A stretch of 64,000 nucleotides of DNA, taken from the NCBI GenBank assembly GCA_963664405.1, contig OY761158.1:5920001-5984000 (forward strand). Direction: 5' to 3'. Made by a program: the position numbers and the translations under genes. This DNA comes from Thermoanaerobaculia bacterium (lineage in GTDB: Bacteria > Acidobacteriota > Thermoanaerobaculia > Multivoradales > Multivoraceae). Shown piece after piece: positions 49,227 through 57,934 of the stretch. The notes under the pieces are model-generated. The model saw only the letters and a list, made by a program, of their open reading frames with translations, did not search any database and was not told the DNA's origin. Within the stretch, counting starts at the first letter, position 1, and each line of letters starts with the position of its first letter.

Positions 49227-49834
49227 ATGGCGGAATCCATCGATACTGGGACAGTGCTGCCGAGACGTCTGGGTAGCGTTTGCGGTAAGCGTCCAGGAGC
49301 TACGCTCGTATGCATCGGCGGCCTCCACGGCAACGAGCCGGCAGGGGTGATCGCGCTGCAGCGCTTTTTTGCTTCGGTGGAGGTGGGCAGCGAGCTCAGA
49401 GGGAGGGTGATCGGCCTGGCCGGCAATCTGCGGGCGCTGGCGGCCGGGCAGCGACGGTGGCGAAGGGTGAGCTTGTGGGCCGTTCCAAAGCGGCAGAGGT
49501 CCATGCACCCATGTCTGGGCTTCTCTTGATGCCCCTCTACCAGGCCCAGGGAGAAGAAGGCTTCTATGTCGTGACCAAGGTTTCTTCCCGCTGGTTGGCG
49601 GTCTCCGAGCTGGCTCGTCGCCTAGGTGTGGCGCGAGTGCTATGTCTCTTTTCCGGCGTCGATGCGGCTCCTGGCGAAGGCGGCCGACTGAGAGTCGATC
49701 TGCGAATTGCCAGCGCTCTGACGCTGCGGCTGTGCCATATCCTCGGTTATCGACAGCAGGGCGCGACACCTGTCGTGGTCATGACGCCGCGTGCGCCTAG
49801 ACGACCTCGGCCTCGCCACGAGCCAGAGCACTAA
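49227..49834 (+). pseudogene. Succinylglutamate desuccinylase/aspartoacylase-family gene with internal deletion and frameshift
   Basis: N-part GGLHGNEPAG...GLAGNLRAL (M14-like HxxE) joins out of frame at ~49450 to the C-terminal V.KGE.VG...LLMPLYQ.QGEEGF; the central catalytic region is missing. Confidence 0.75.
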
Positions 49835-49858
49835 GAGAGAACAGGGGAGAGATCTGTC

Positions 49859-50584
49859 ATGAGTAGAGAAATCGAGACCGTGGACATGCTCGAGGGCATT
49901 GCGACAGCGAGAAGTATCCGCAGGTATCACTTCGATCCGATTCCGGAGGAAGATCTCGCTCGGATCCTCTACGCGGCAACCAGAGCTCCGTCAGGCACTA
50001 ACCGGCAGCCCTTCCGTTTCGTCGTTCTGCGAGACGGCGAACAAGGGACTGCGGCGAAGGCCCTGCTCGGAGAGGCGTTCCGCCGTGGCTGGGCGAAGAA
50101 GTCCGGGAGCGAAGGATGGCGAAAACCCGGCGACGACAAGCGCAAGTCTCGCAGAGTCCGCTCTATGGAGACGATGCAGTTCTATGTCGACAATTTCGAG
50201 CGCATTCCCGTCGTCGTGCTGGCGTGTTTGTTGCGCTACCGGGCTCCCCACCATGGCGAGGGATCTTCGGTCTATCCCGCTTGCCAGAATATTCTTCTCG
50301 CTGCCAGGGCACTCGGCTACGGAGCCTCCTTTGCAGGCTGGCATCGGGGCGTCGAGAAGGAGCTGAAGAAGCTTCTCGGCATGCCGGAGGAAGCTGTCGT
50401 CTCCCTCACCATCACCATGGGGAAGCCGCGAGGAAAACACGGCCCGCTGCGGCGCTTCCCGGTCAAAGAGCTCGTCTTCGAGGAAGGCTGGGGAAACCCT
50501 GCGAGCTGGATCGACGACCCCGAGGGAGCTCGCCTCTCCCGCTCTCGGATGCAATCTGCCGATGGACCTCGCCTCCGGAAGTGA
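49859..50584 (+). CDS. Nitroreductase family protein
   Basis: RSIRRY..DPIP, APSGTNRQP and QNILLAARALGYG; the stop codon lies inside a repeat unit. Confidence 0.9.
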   Translation: MSREIETVDMLEGIATARSIRRYHFDPIPEEDLARILYAATRAPSGTNRQPFRFVVLRDGEQGTAAKALLGEAFRRGWAKKSGSEGWRKPGDDKRKSRRVRSMETMQFYVDNFERIPVVVLACLLRYRAPHHGEGSSVYPACQNILLAARALGYGASFAGWHRGVEKELKKLLGMPEEAVVSLTITMGKPRGKHGPLRRFPVKELVFEEGWGNPASWIDDPEGARLSRSRMQSADGPRLRK

Positions 50585-50637
50585 TTGCTATCACTTCCTG
50601 CGGCTCGTTGCTGTTCGGCGCCGAGGACGGCGCACTC
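50574..50637 (+). repeat. Single two-hairpin repeat unit
   Basis: GGAAGTGAT-TGCT-ATCACTTCC ... GGCGCCGAGGACGGCGCA. Confidence 0.88.
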
Positions 50638-50726
50638 GGGCCTTGCTTCCTATTCCCTCCGGGAAACGGCTCAGGACGAATGCTCGGACTCACTCCAAGC
50701 CGCACCAGAGGATGAGGCTCGCTGCA

Positions 50727-50897
50727 GCCTAGTGTCCCGTGCGGGAAGTTCGTTGCCATTCGAGCGCCGATGCATCCCGCTGGGCGGCGTTGCTCCTCGT
50801 CGACAGAGTCCCAGCTATGCCTGCCTCGGAGCGCCTTGCCCAGCGGGCGCCTCGACGCTCTCGGTGGTCAACGAACTTCCCACACGGGACACTAGGC
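50727..50897. mobile_element. ~170-bp MITE-like foldback element flanked by CTAG
   Basis: 29-bp inverted repeats with 1 mismatch (GCCTAGTGTCCCGTG[C/T]GGGAAGTTCGTTG at 50727-50755 / 50869-50897), an internal CCGCTGGGC/GCCCAGCGG stem, no ORF, and CTAG at both ends. Confidence 0.8.
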
Positions 50898-50946
50898 GTA
50901 AGAGCGATACCGATCGCTCAGATTACTTTATGTCTCCGGAGGATCC

Positions 50947-51077
50947 GGGTGCGCCGTCCTCGGCGCCATGTTGAGAGATTTGTAGGAAGTGATACCCATC
51001 ACTTCCGGAGGATCCGGATGCGCCGTCCTCGGCGCCATGTGATGTAGCTTCCGGAAGTGATACCCATCACTTCCGTA
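50947..51077 (-). repeat. Two minus-strand two-hairpin repeat units
   Basis: Minus strand reads TACGGAAGTGATGGGTATCACTTCC-GGAAGCTACATCA-CATGGCGCCGAGGACGGCGCATCC, then a second unit with linker TACAAATCTCTCAA. Confidence 0.92.
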
Positions 51078-51079
51078 AG

Positions 51080-51961
51080 CTACTGGAGGCTACTGTGGAC
51101 GGTCTCGATCCAGACTTCGGTGGTGATGAAGCCCGAGCCCCAGCCGTCCCACTCGTCAGAGAGACCGGCCTTCTTTATCTCGTCGAGGGACTTGCCGCTG
51201 TCGATGCCCTTCTGCACGGTTCCTACCGACTCTTTCAGCATTCGATGGGTAGTTGCGAGGGTGTCCAGGTCGGCCAGCGCGCCGTGTCCGGGGATGAGCG
51301 TGAGTCCTTTCACGTTCTTGAATTCGCGGAGAACCATTTCCACATTGCGGGTCATACCCTGGACCGTGCCACCCGATCCGAGGTCGACAAAGGGGAAACG
51401 CGAGTTGAAGAAATGGTCGCCCATGTGGAGGACCTTCGAGTCCTTGAAATAGATGATGCTGTCGCCATCGGTGTGTCCGTTGGCCACATGGGTCATCTCG
51501 ATCTCTTCACCGTTGAAGTAGATACTGAGTCCTTCATCGAAGGTGATCACAGGTAGGGCTGCCGGGGGCGCGGGCGGTGTGACCCTTCCGTTACGGTTGG
51601 TCTGCTCTTTCGACAGCCGTGCGCGAACATTGTTGTGAGCGACGATCAGGGCTTCGAGGCCGAAGACCGAGTTCCCGCCGGTGTGGTCTCCGTGGAAGTG
51701 GGTATTGAGTACGTACTCGAGCTTCCCGCGGTCGATACTCTGCAGCGCTGCCTTGATCTTGTCCGCCAAGGATGCGAACTGGTCGTCGACAATGAGAACG
51801 CCGTCCTCGCCGGCGGAAACGCCGATGTTGCCGCCCTGTCCCATCAACATGTGGACGTTGCCGGCAACATGAGTCGAGGTGATCTCGACGTCGTCGAAAT
51901 TCTGCGCCGCAAGGGGCATAGATACGGCAAGAGCAATAGCTGCGATCCGCACTGTTCGCAT
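51080..51961 (-). CDS. Secreted MBL-fold metallo-hydrolase (cyclase-like)
   Basis: Signal peptide, GGNIGVS.GEDG, THFHGDHTGGN, GHTDGD and PGHG; AAAGGAG RBS. Confidence 0.92.
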   Translation of the reverse strand: MRTVRIAAIALAVSMPLAAQNFDDVEITSTHVAGNVHMLMGQGGNIGVSAGEDGVLIVDDQFASLADKIKAALQSIDRGKLEYVLNTHFHGDHTGGNSVFGLEALIVAHNNVRARLSKEQTNRNGRVTPPAPPAALPVITFDEGLSIYFNGEEIEMTHVANGHTDGDSIIYFKDSKVLHMGDHFFNSRFPFVDLGSGGTVQGMTRNVEMVLREFKNVKGLTLIPGHGALADLDTLATTHRMLKESVGTVQKGIDSGKSLDEIKKAGLSDEWDGWGSGFITTEVWIETVHSSLQ

Positions 51962-52119
51962 AATCATCTCCTTTAGCGCGACCTTGAATCTCATCTGCGT
52001 CGCACCCGAGGCACTAGGTTAACCAAAAAGGGCCTTCTTGTGCAGCTGGAGAGGTCGGGCGAGTGCCGTCCTCTGCGAGTTTTTGCGTCTCCTCGGTTGA
52101 AGGGATATTCTCTGGCGCT

Positions 52120-53379
52120 ATGAAGACCGCCAACCCGCGCCCCATCGTCAGTCTCATCCGATCCCACTCAGGCTTCGCGGTAGGGGCTGTATCCCTGCTC
52201 GTCTTTCTCCTCGCCTCGGTACCGCTTCACGCCCAAGAGTCCACCCTGGCGGGCACGGTGATGAATGAGGGTGGGAAGGCTCTGAAGGAAGCCGAGATCA
52301 CTCTCGCCAATGACGAAGATTCCGCGATCGTTCTCACTACAGTCAGCGACAAGAAGGGCGCATTCAAGCTCAAGATCGCCGCTCCCGGAACCTACACGCT
52401 GACCATCGCGAGGAAGGGCTACGGCCCCTACACCACCAGCTTGGAGGTCGAGCCTTCGATGGACTACACCACCGAAGGCATCAAGCTCTACGACGAGAAG
52501 GTGTGGCAGGAGAAACGTGCGGTCGATGCCTACAACGAAGGCGTCGAGGCCCTTAGCGCGGGGGATATGGACGAGGCCGAGGAAAGATTCAAGGAAGCGT
52601 TGACGTTGAACCCCGAGCTGGTCCAGGTCCATGCTGGCCTAGCGGCGTCCTACGCCCACCAGGAGCGTTGGGAGGATGCCGCTGCTTCACTCGATATATT
52701 CCTCGCTGCTCTTCCAGACCACGCCCCGATCTATTCGTTGGCCTTTGATGCGTATCGCAAGACCGGTCAGGACGAGAAGGCCGCAGAGGTCCTCAGCAAG
52801 GTAACGGACGAGAACGAGCTCGCCCAGATGGCGGTGCCCATTTACAACGAGGCGGTGACAATGAGCAAGGCGGGTGACCCGGAGGGGGCGTTTGCCGGCT
52901 TCCAGAAGGCCTCGGAGATCGCTCCCCATCTCCCGGAGCCCTACCGCGGCATGGCCGCGATCAGGTTCAATGAGGAGAACTTCGCTGAGGCTCTGGTGCA
53001 TGCCGAAGAGTTGCTGAAGAGAGACCCCGAGTCTCTCGAGGGCCTACGCATGCAGTTCTATGCGACTCGAGCAGTGGATGGTGAAGGCTTCGCCGACGCG
53101 CTGGCCGCCTACCTGGGCGCGGCGCCGGCTGCCGAAGAAGACATCGTTCGCCAAGCCGCGGATGAGTTCGAAGCGGGGCATAGCGATATTGCCCGCAAGA
53201 CTTTTGAAGCGATCTTGGATTTCAATCCCGAGGCTGCGGAGGCGCATTTCAGGCTGGGGATGGTCCTGGCCTCGGACGGCGACAGCGCCGGGGCGAAGGC
53301 CCACTTGCAGCAGTTTCTGGACATGGCTCCAGACCACAAGGAAGCCTCGACAGCCCGCGCAATGCTCGAAGGGCTCTAG
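52120..53379 (+). CDS. Secreted carboxypeptidase-regulatory-like domain + TPR protein
   Basis: Signal peptide, G.V...G..L..A.I / G.F....PG.Y.L....GY beta-sandwich, then TPR helices (YNEGV, AHFRLG). Confidence 0.85.
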   Translation: MKTANPRPIVSLIRSHSGFAVGAVSLLVFLLASVPLHAQESTLAGTVMNEGGKALKEAEITLANDEDSAIVLTTVSDKKGAFKLKIAAPGTYTLTIARKGYGPYTTSLEVEPSMDYTTEGIKLYDEKVWQEKRAVDAYNEGVEALSAGDMDEAEERFKEALTLNPELVQVHAGLAASYAHQERWEDAAASLDIFLAALPDHAPIYSLAFDAYRKTGQDEKAAEVLSKVTDENELAQMAVPIYNEAVTMSKAGDPEGAFAGFQKASEIAPHLPEPYRGMAAIRFNEENFAEALVHAEELLKRDPESLEGLRMQFYATRAVDGEGFADALAAYLGAAPAAEEDIVRQAADEFEAGHSDIARKTFEAILDFNPEAAEAHFRLGMVLASDGDSAGAKAHLQQFLDMAPDHKEASTARAMLEGL

Positions 53380-54737
53380 ATCGCGGCGACAGCCGGGGTC
53401 AGCAGAGAGTCGAGGCCGTTCAAGGTCTCGGTCACAGAAGCTCTGAGGAGCAGCTCCTCGGCGGCTTCCGAACCGATCACCGGCGTCGCGAGTGACAGGA
53501 ACTTCTGCTCCAGACGCTTGCGCTGGAGGCGAAGATCCGGCGCGGCCTCGCCGACATCGACACAGGCGGAGTACTCACTTCCGTCGAGGGTGCTGAGCAC
53601 GATCGGGGTCGCGGTAGGAGAGGTTCCGGGTTGAGGACAGACTCGAACTCGGTCGCGCATCGCAACCAGCTCGTGACTGCGCATGCGCTCGTCGGAGTAG
53701 GAAGAAAGGTCTGCCGTATCGTCGCCGAGCAGCGCCATGGCTGTGGTGGCGCGCAGAGAGAACTTTCCCTCCAAGCCGGTGTCCGGGCTCTCGATATTGC
53801 ACACATCGAGTGAGGAAGGAGGAACCTCGATCGCAACTTCAGCAATGTTCTCGGGGTGGATCTTGGCGCCGCGGCGGATCTCGCCGGCCCCCTCGATCGC
53901 CGAGTGGGTGAGGTAGCAGGCGGCGTGGTACTTGAAGAGAGTGTCGCGGATGCAGAAGCGATCGGCGAGTCCCTCGATCCTAGCCGGGCTCGGATCACCT
54001 CCGTGGCAGGTGTGAGCGAAGCCCTGGCGAGCCTCGACAATGTTGCGGTTCGCGGTGAATCCCCCGGCGGCGAGCCTCGCAGCCAGTAGGCCGTCGTGAG
54101 CGGCCTTACCGGCGTGGAAAGGCTTGGCCATAGTGCCGAATCCTGATTTGAGGCCCGCTCCCTGAGTGCCGGCAAGGCCGAGGGCGCAAAGCCAGCGCTC
54201 TTCGTCGAGACCGAGTAGGTGGGCGCCCGCGGCGGCGGCGCCGAAGGTTCCGAGAGTACCGGTGGCGTGGAAGCCTGCGAGGTAGTGGGCGGGGTTCATG
54301 ATCGCTCCCAGCCGACACTCGAGCTCGATGCCCGCAACGACCGCAGCCAGGAATGCGCGCCCAGAGGCACCGGAGGCCTCCGCCTCCGCGAGAGCCGCGG
54401 GGATCACCGGGGCCGAAGGGTGCCCGCTCATCGTGGTGTGGGTATCGTCGAAATCGAGGGCGTGAGAAGTGGCGCCGTTCACCAGCGCAGCCAGCAGGGC
54501 CGAAGTGCGGCGAGGCGCGGCGAGGAGCAGCGTCGACTCTCCGTCGACTTCTGTCTTCGGCAGGAGCTGGCGCCGCAGAATCTCGGCCAGTGGCTCGGTC
54601 GAGCCCGCCAAGGTGACGCCGAGCCAGTCGAGGAGGCAGTGCTTCGCGACTTCTACGATGTCGTCGGGAAGGTCGTCGAAGACGATCGCTCTGGCATGGC
54701 TGGCGAGGAGGCGTGTAGTCGAGACCGTTTCGTTCAT
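53376..54737 (-). CDS. MmgE/PrpD family protein
   Basis: LLDWLG..LAG, NG..SHALDFDDTH, GFHATGT.G, KPFHAG and KYHAAC...H. Confidence 0.92.
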   Translation of the reverse strand: MNETVSTTRLLASHARAIVFDDLPDDIVEVAKHCLLDWLGVTLAGSTEPLAEILRRQLLPKTEVDGESTLLLAAPRRTSALLAALVNGATSHALDFDDTHTTMSGHPSAPVIPAALAEAEASGASGRAFLAAVVAGIELECRLGAIMNPAHYLAGFHATGTLGTFGAAAAGAHLLGLDEERWLCALGLAGTQGAGLKSGFGTMAKPFHAGKAAHDGLLAARLAAGGFTANRNIVEARQGFAHTCHGGDPSPARIEGLADRFCIRDTLFKYHAACYLTHSAIEGAGEIRRGAKIHPENIAEVAIEVPPSSLDVCNIESPDTGLEGKFSLRATTAMALLGDDTADLSSYSDERMRSHELVAMRDRVRVCPQPGTSPTATPIVLSTLDGSEYSACVDVGEAAPDLRLQRKRLEQKFLSLATPVIGSEAAEELLLRASVTETLNGLDSLLTPAVAAI

Positions 54738-54861
54738 CCGACCCTCCCAGGTTGGCGCCCTCGACTCTAGCAGTTGCCCGAGACGGGTCCATGTCGAGGC
54801 GCGGTGGCCTCCACATGGCGAGATATGCTGCGCCTGCAGCGATGGTCATGAAGGAAGGCGG

Positions 54862-56010
54862 ATGAGCGAAGAACGATGGGCCACTTCGTTGGTGTGCTCG
54901 GCAACTGGCGTCGAGGAGACCCTCGATGAGCCGACCTTTCTCTCACCGGCAGGGAAGCCGTGGCTTGTTCGCTACGATCTCGATGAGGCAAAAGGTGCCT
55001 TCCTCAGAGAGCGTCTTCACGACAGGCCCTGGACCCTGTGGCGATATTCGGAATTACTGCCATTGGCGGCGCCGCAGGATCGCATCGATCTCGGAGAGGG
55101 AGGGACTCCGCTGATTCGTCTTCGCCGCACCGGGCCGGCGGGTGTGGAGACGTTGGTCAAGGAGGAAGGGGGAAACCCGAGTGGGTCTTTCAAAGATCGT
55201 GGGCTGTCGCTGGCGGTGAATCGGGCGAGAGAGCTCGGTGCCCCCGGGGTCCAGCTGCCCAGTGCCGGCAATGCCGCTCTGGCGCTCTCGACTTTCGCCG
55301 CGGCTGCGGGGTTGCCTGCGCGCGTAGCCCTGCCGGAAGATACGCCTCGCACGATCTTCGAGCGTTGCCGCCTGTTGGGCGCCGAGGTGATCTCATCGCC
55401 CGGCACGTTGGTCGAGGCAGGGGCGCTCCTGGCCGAGCGTGAAGACGGATTCTGGACCCTCTCCACTCTCAAGGAGCCCTACCGCGTCGAGGGCAAGAAG
55501 ACGATGGGGCTGGAGCTCGCCGAGCAGCTGAATTGGAAGCTCCCCGACTGGATCTTCTATCCGACCGGAGGCGGCACGGGCATCGTCGGGATGCATAAGG
55601 CCTTCGACGAGCTGGAGGAGCTGGGATTGATCTCCGGGCGACGTCCTCGCTTTGCGGTAGTTCAAATGTCGGGTTGCGCCCCCTTGGTGCGCGCCTTCGA
55701 AAACGGTGCCGAGGAAGCGGCGCCTTGGTCCGAGCCCAGAACTCGAGTGTGGGGTCTGCGAGTGCCGCAGGCAATCGGCGATTTCCTCATTCTGCGCGCA
55801 CTTCGCGAGACACGCGGGGCCGCAGTGGCGGTGGAGGAGAGCGAGATTGACGCCATGACCGCCCGCCTCGGCCGAGAAGAGGGGCTCAGAGTGGGGCCGG
55901 AGGGTGCGGCCTGTTTCCTCGCTCTCGAGCGTCTGGCGGCAGCGGGTCGCATCGAGCCCGGCCAGCGGGTCGTGGTGTTCCAGACCGGGCATCCCGACAA
56001 CTATCGATGA
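54862..56010 (+). CDS. thrC: Threonine synthase-like PLP enzyme
   Basis: LWRY.ELLP, LGEGGTPL, NPSGSFKDRG, SAGNAA, EPYRVEGKKTMG.E and YPTGGGTG. Confidence 0.82.
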   Translation: MSEERWATSLVCSATGVEETLDEPTFLSPAGKPWLVRYDLDEAKGAFLRERLHDRPWTLWRYSELLPLAAPQDRIDLGEGGTPLIRLRRTGPAGVETLVKEEGGNPSGSFKDRGLSLAVNRARELGAPGVQLPSAGNAALALSTFAAAAGLPARVALPEDTPRTIFERCRLLGAEVISSPGTLVEAGALLAEREDGFWTLSTLKEPYRVEGKKTMGLELAEQLNWKLPDWIFYPTGGGTGIVGMHKAFDELEELGLISGRRPRFAVVQMSGCAPLVRAFENGAEEAAPWSEPRTRVWGLRVPQAIGDFLILRALRETRGAAVAVEESEIDAMTARLGREEGLRVGPEGAACFLALERLAAAGRIEPGQRVVVFQTGHPDNYR

Positions 56011-57911
56011 GGTGGTGGAGTCTGCCGGCCCTGGCCGTTCTTCTCGGCTGCGGCCTCGGTCCCTCGCTGCCGGAGCGGCCGAGCTTCGTGGTGGTGGTCG
56101 TCGACGACCTCGGTTGGGCCGACTTGCCAAGCTACGGTCACGAGCTTCACCGCACGCCAAACATCGACAGGCTCGCGAGGGAAGGCGTCCGCTTCACCAA
56201 CGCTTACTCGGCATCCCCGGTGTGCTCGCCCACGCGTGCCAGCCTACTTACCGGGCGACATCCGGCGCGTCTCCATCTCACCCATGCACTGCCGGCCCTG
56301 GGACGACGCATTCTCGCCCGAGAGGCGGGTCCCTCGGGAGTGGTCTCTCGGCCCCTGGTCGAGCCGCGGAGCGCGAACTTCCTCGCCGCAGACGAAGTTA
56401 CGATGGCGGAGCGCCTGAGGGACGCCGGCTACCGTACGGCCTTTTTCGGCAAGTGGCATCTCGGCGCCGGTGATGCCGGGCCCCTGGCTCAGGGGTTCGA
56501 GATTGCTCTCGGCGGGGAGGAGGAGGGGGGGGCGACGAGCTACTTCGATCCCTATGGCCTCTCCCTTCTGCCGGACCGGGTGGAGGGTGAGTACCTCACC
56601 GATCGCATCACCGATGAGGCGGTTGACTTTCTCGAAGAGAAGGGGAGCGAGCCCTTCCTGCTCTACGTGTCGCACTTCGCCGTGCATAGGCCACTGCAGG
56701 CCAAGCCGGAGATGCTTCCCCAGAGCTCATCCCAGAAGGGCGGCAGACCTCCTCTCGCGACGATCTACGCCGCGATGCTGGAGAGCGTCGACGATAGTGT
56801 CGGTCGCGTCCTCTCGAAGCTCGAGGAGCTAGGAGTGCGCGAGAAGACCCTGGTGATCGTGACCTCCGACAACGGCGGGCTCACTCGTAGAGTCGACGAT
56901 GGCATGCCGGTGACAGACAACGGGGCCTTGCGCGGAGGGAAGGCAATGATCTACGAGGGCGGACTTCGGGTCCCCCTGGTCGCGGCTTGGCCCGGTGTCC
57001 TCGCGGAGGGAACCCAGATCGAGCTGCCGGTCTCGAGCGTGGATCTGTGGCCGACGTTGGCTGACGCTGCCGGGCTCGAGCTCGGTGAGGAAGAAGTCGA
57101 CGGCGTGAGTTTTCTCCCTTCTCTCCTCGGCCGCAGGGGGGCAGAAGAGCGCGACCTCTTCTTTTACTACCCCCACTACATTCCGGGCCATCGTCCCAAT
57201 CCCGCCGAGAACAGCTTCTGGAATACGCCGAGCGCGGCGATGCGGTCCGGGGATTGGAAAATGATCCGCTACTTCGGCCGACCTTCCGAGCTCTACGATC
57301 TTGCCGTGGATCCGGGCGAGAGCAGGAATCTTGCGAAGGAGGATCCCGGCCAAGTGGCTTCGATGGAGAAGCGTCTCGACCGTTGGCTCGAAGATGTCGG
57401 TGCGCATCAGCCTCGTTGGAACCACGACTATGATGCAGAGGCGTTCCAGCAAGGCCTCGAGGAGTCGACGCGACAATTGGGTGCCAGCCGAGAATGGGTG
57501 CCGAACGGGGGGTGTCTCAAGCGTGTGGAGGGAGGCTCGCTGCGCCTGTCTTGCGACACCCACCCCTTTCTCGTCGGGCCAGAGATGGTGCTCCCTGGGC
57601 CGCTTCGAGTCAGCCTTCGCCTACGTACGGTCGGCGCCAGGGGACGCGGAAACCTCTGGTTCCGGGCGGCGGGGAAGGGCCGCTTCTCGGGCCAAGGCGT
57701 TTCCCTCAAACTCGACCACGACGGAGAGTGGCATGAGCATGAGCTCGTCGTGCCTTCTACGGCAACGATCTACCAGCTGCGCCTCGACTTTGGACGGCGT
57801 AGCGGGGGCGAGGCAGAGATCGATTGGATTCGCGTCGAGCGCGAAGATAGCGATTCCTCGAGACCCGCCCTGATGTGGGCCTTTGACGACGCGCCGAGTC
57901 CCGCCGCCTGA
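56007..57911 (+). CDS. Cys-type (FGly) sulfatase, probable lipoprotein, with an extra C-terminal beta-sandwich
   Basis: LLGC lipobox; DDLG, CSPTRASLLTG, GKWHLG, SDNGG and RGGK..IYEGG.RVP. Confidence 0.92.
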   Translation: MRWWSLPALAVLLGCGLGPSLPERPSFVVVVVDDLGWADLPSYGHELHRTPNIDRLAREGVRFTNAYSASPVCSPTRASLLTGRHPARLHLTHALPALGRRILAREAGPSGVVSRPLVEPRSANFLAADEVTMAERLRDAGYRTAFFGKWHLGAGDAGPLAQGFEIALGGEEEGGATSYFDPYGLSLLPDRVEGEYLTDRITDEAVDFLEEKGSEPFLLYVSHFAVHRPLQAKPEMLPQSSSQKGGRPPLATIYAAMLESVDDSVGRVLSKLEELGVREKTLVIVTSDNGGLTRRVDDGMPVTDNGALRGGKAMIYEGGLRVPLVAAWPGVLAEGTQIELPVSSVDLWPTLADAAGLELGEEEVDGVSFLPSLLGRRGAEERDLFFYYPHYIPGHRPNPAENSFWNTPSAAMRSGDWKMIRYFGRPSELYDLAVDPGESRNLAKEDPGQVASMEKRLDRWLEDVGAHQPRWNHDYDAEAFQQGLEESTRQLGASREWVPNGGCLKRVEGGSLRLSCDTHPFLVGPEMVLPGPLRVSLRLRTVGARGRGNLWFRAAGKGRFSGQGVSLKLDHDGEWHEHELVVPSTATIYQLRLDFGRRSGGEAEIDWIRVEREDSDSSRPALMWAFDDAPSPAA

Positions 57912-57934
57912 CGCCAAAGTACGCGTCCCCTCGT

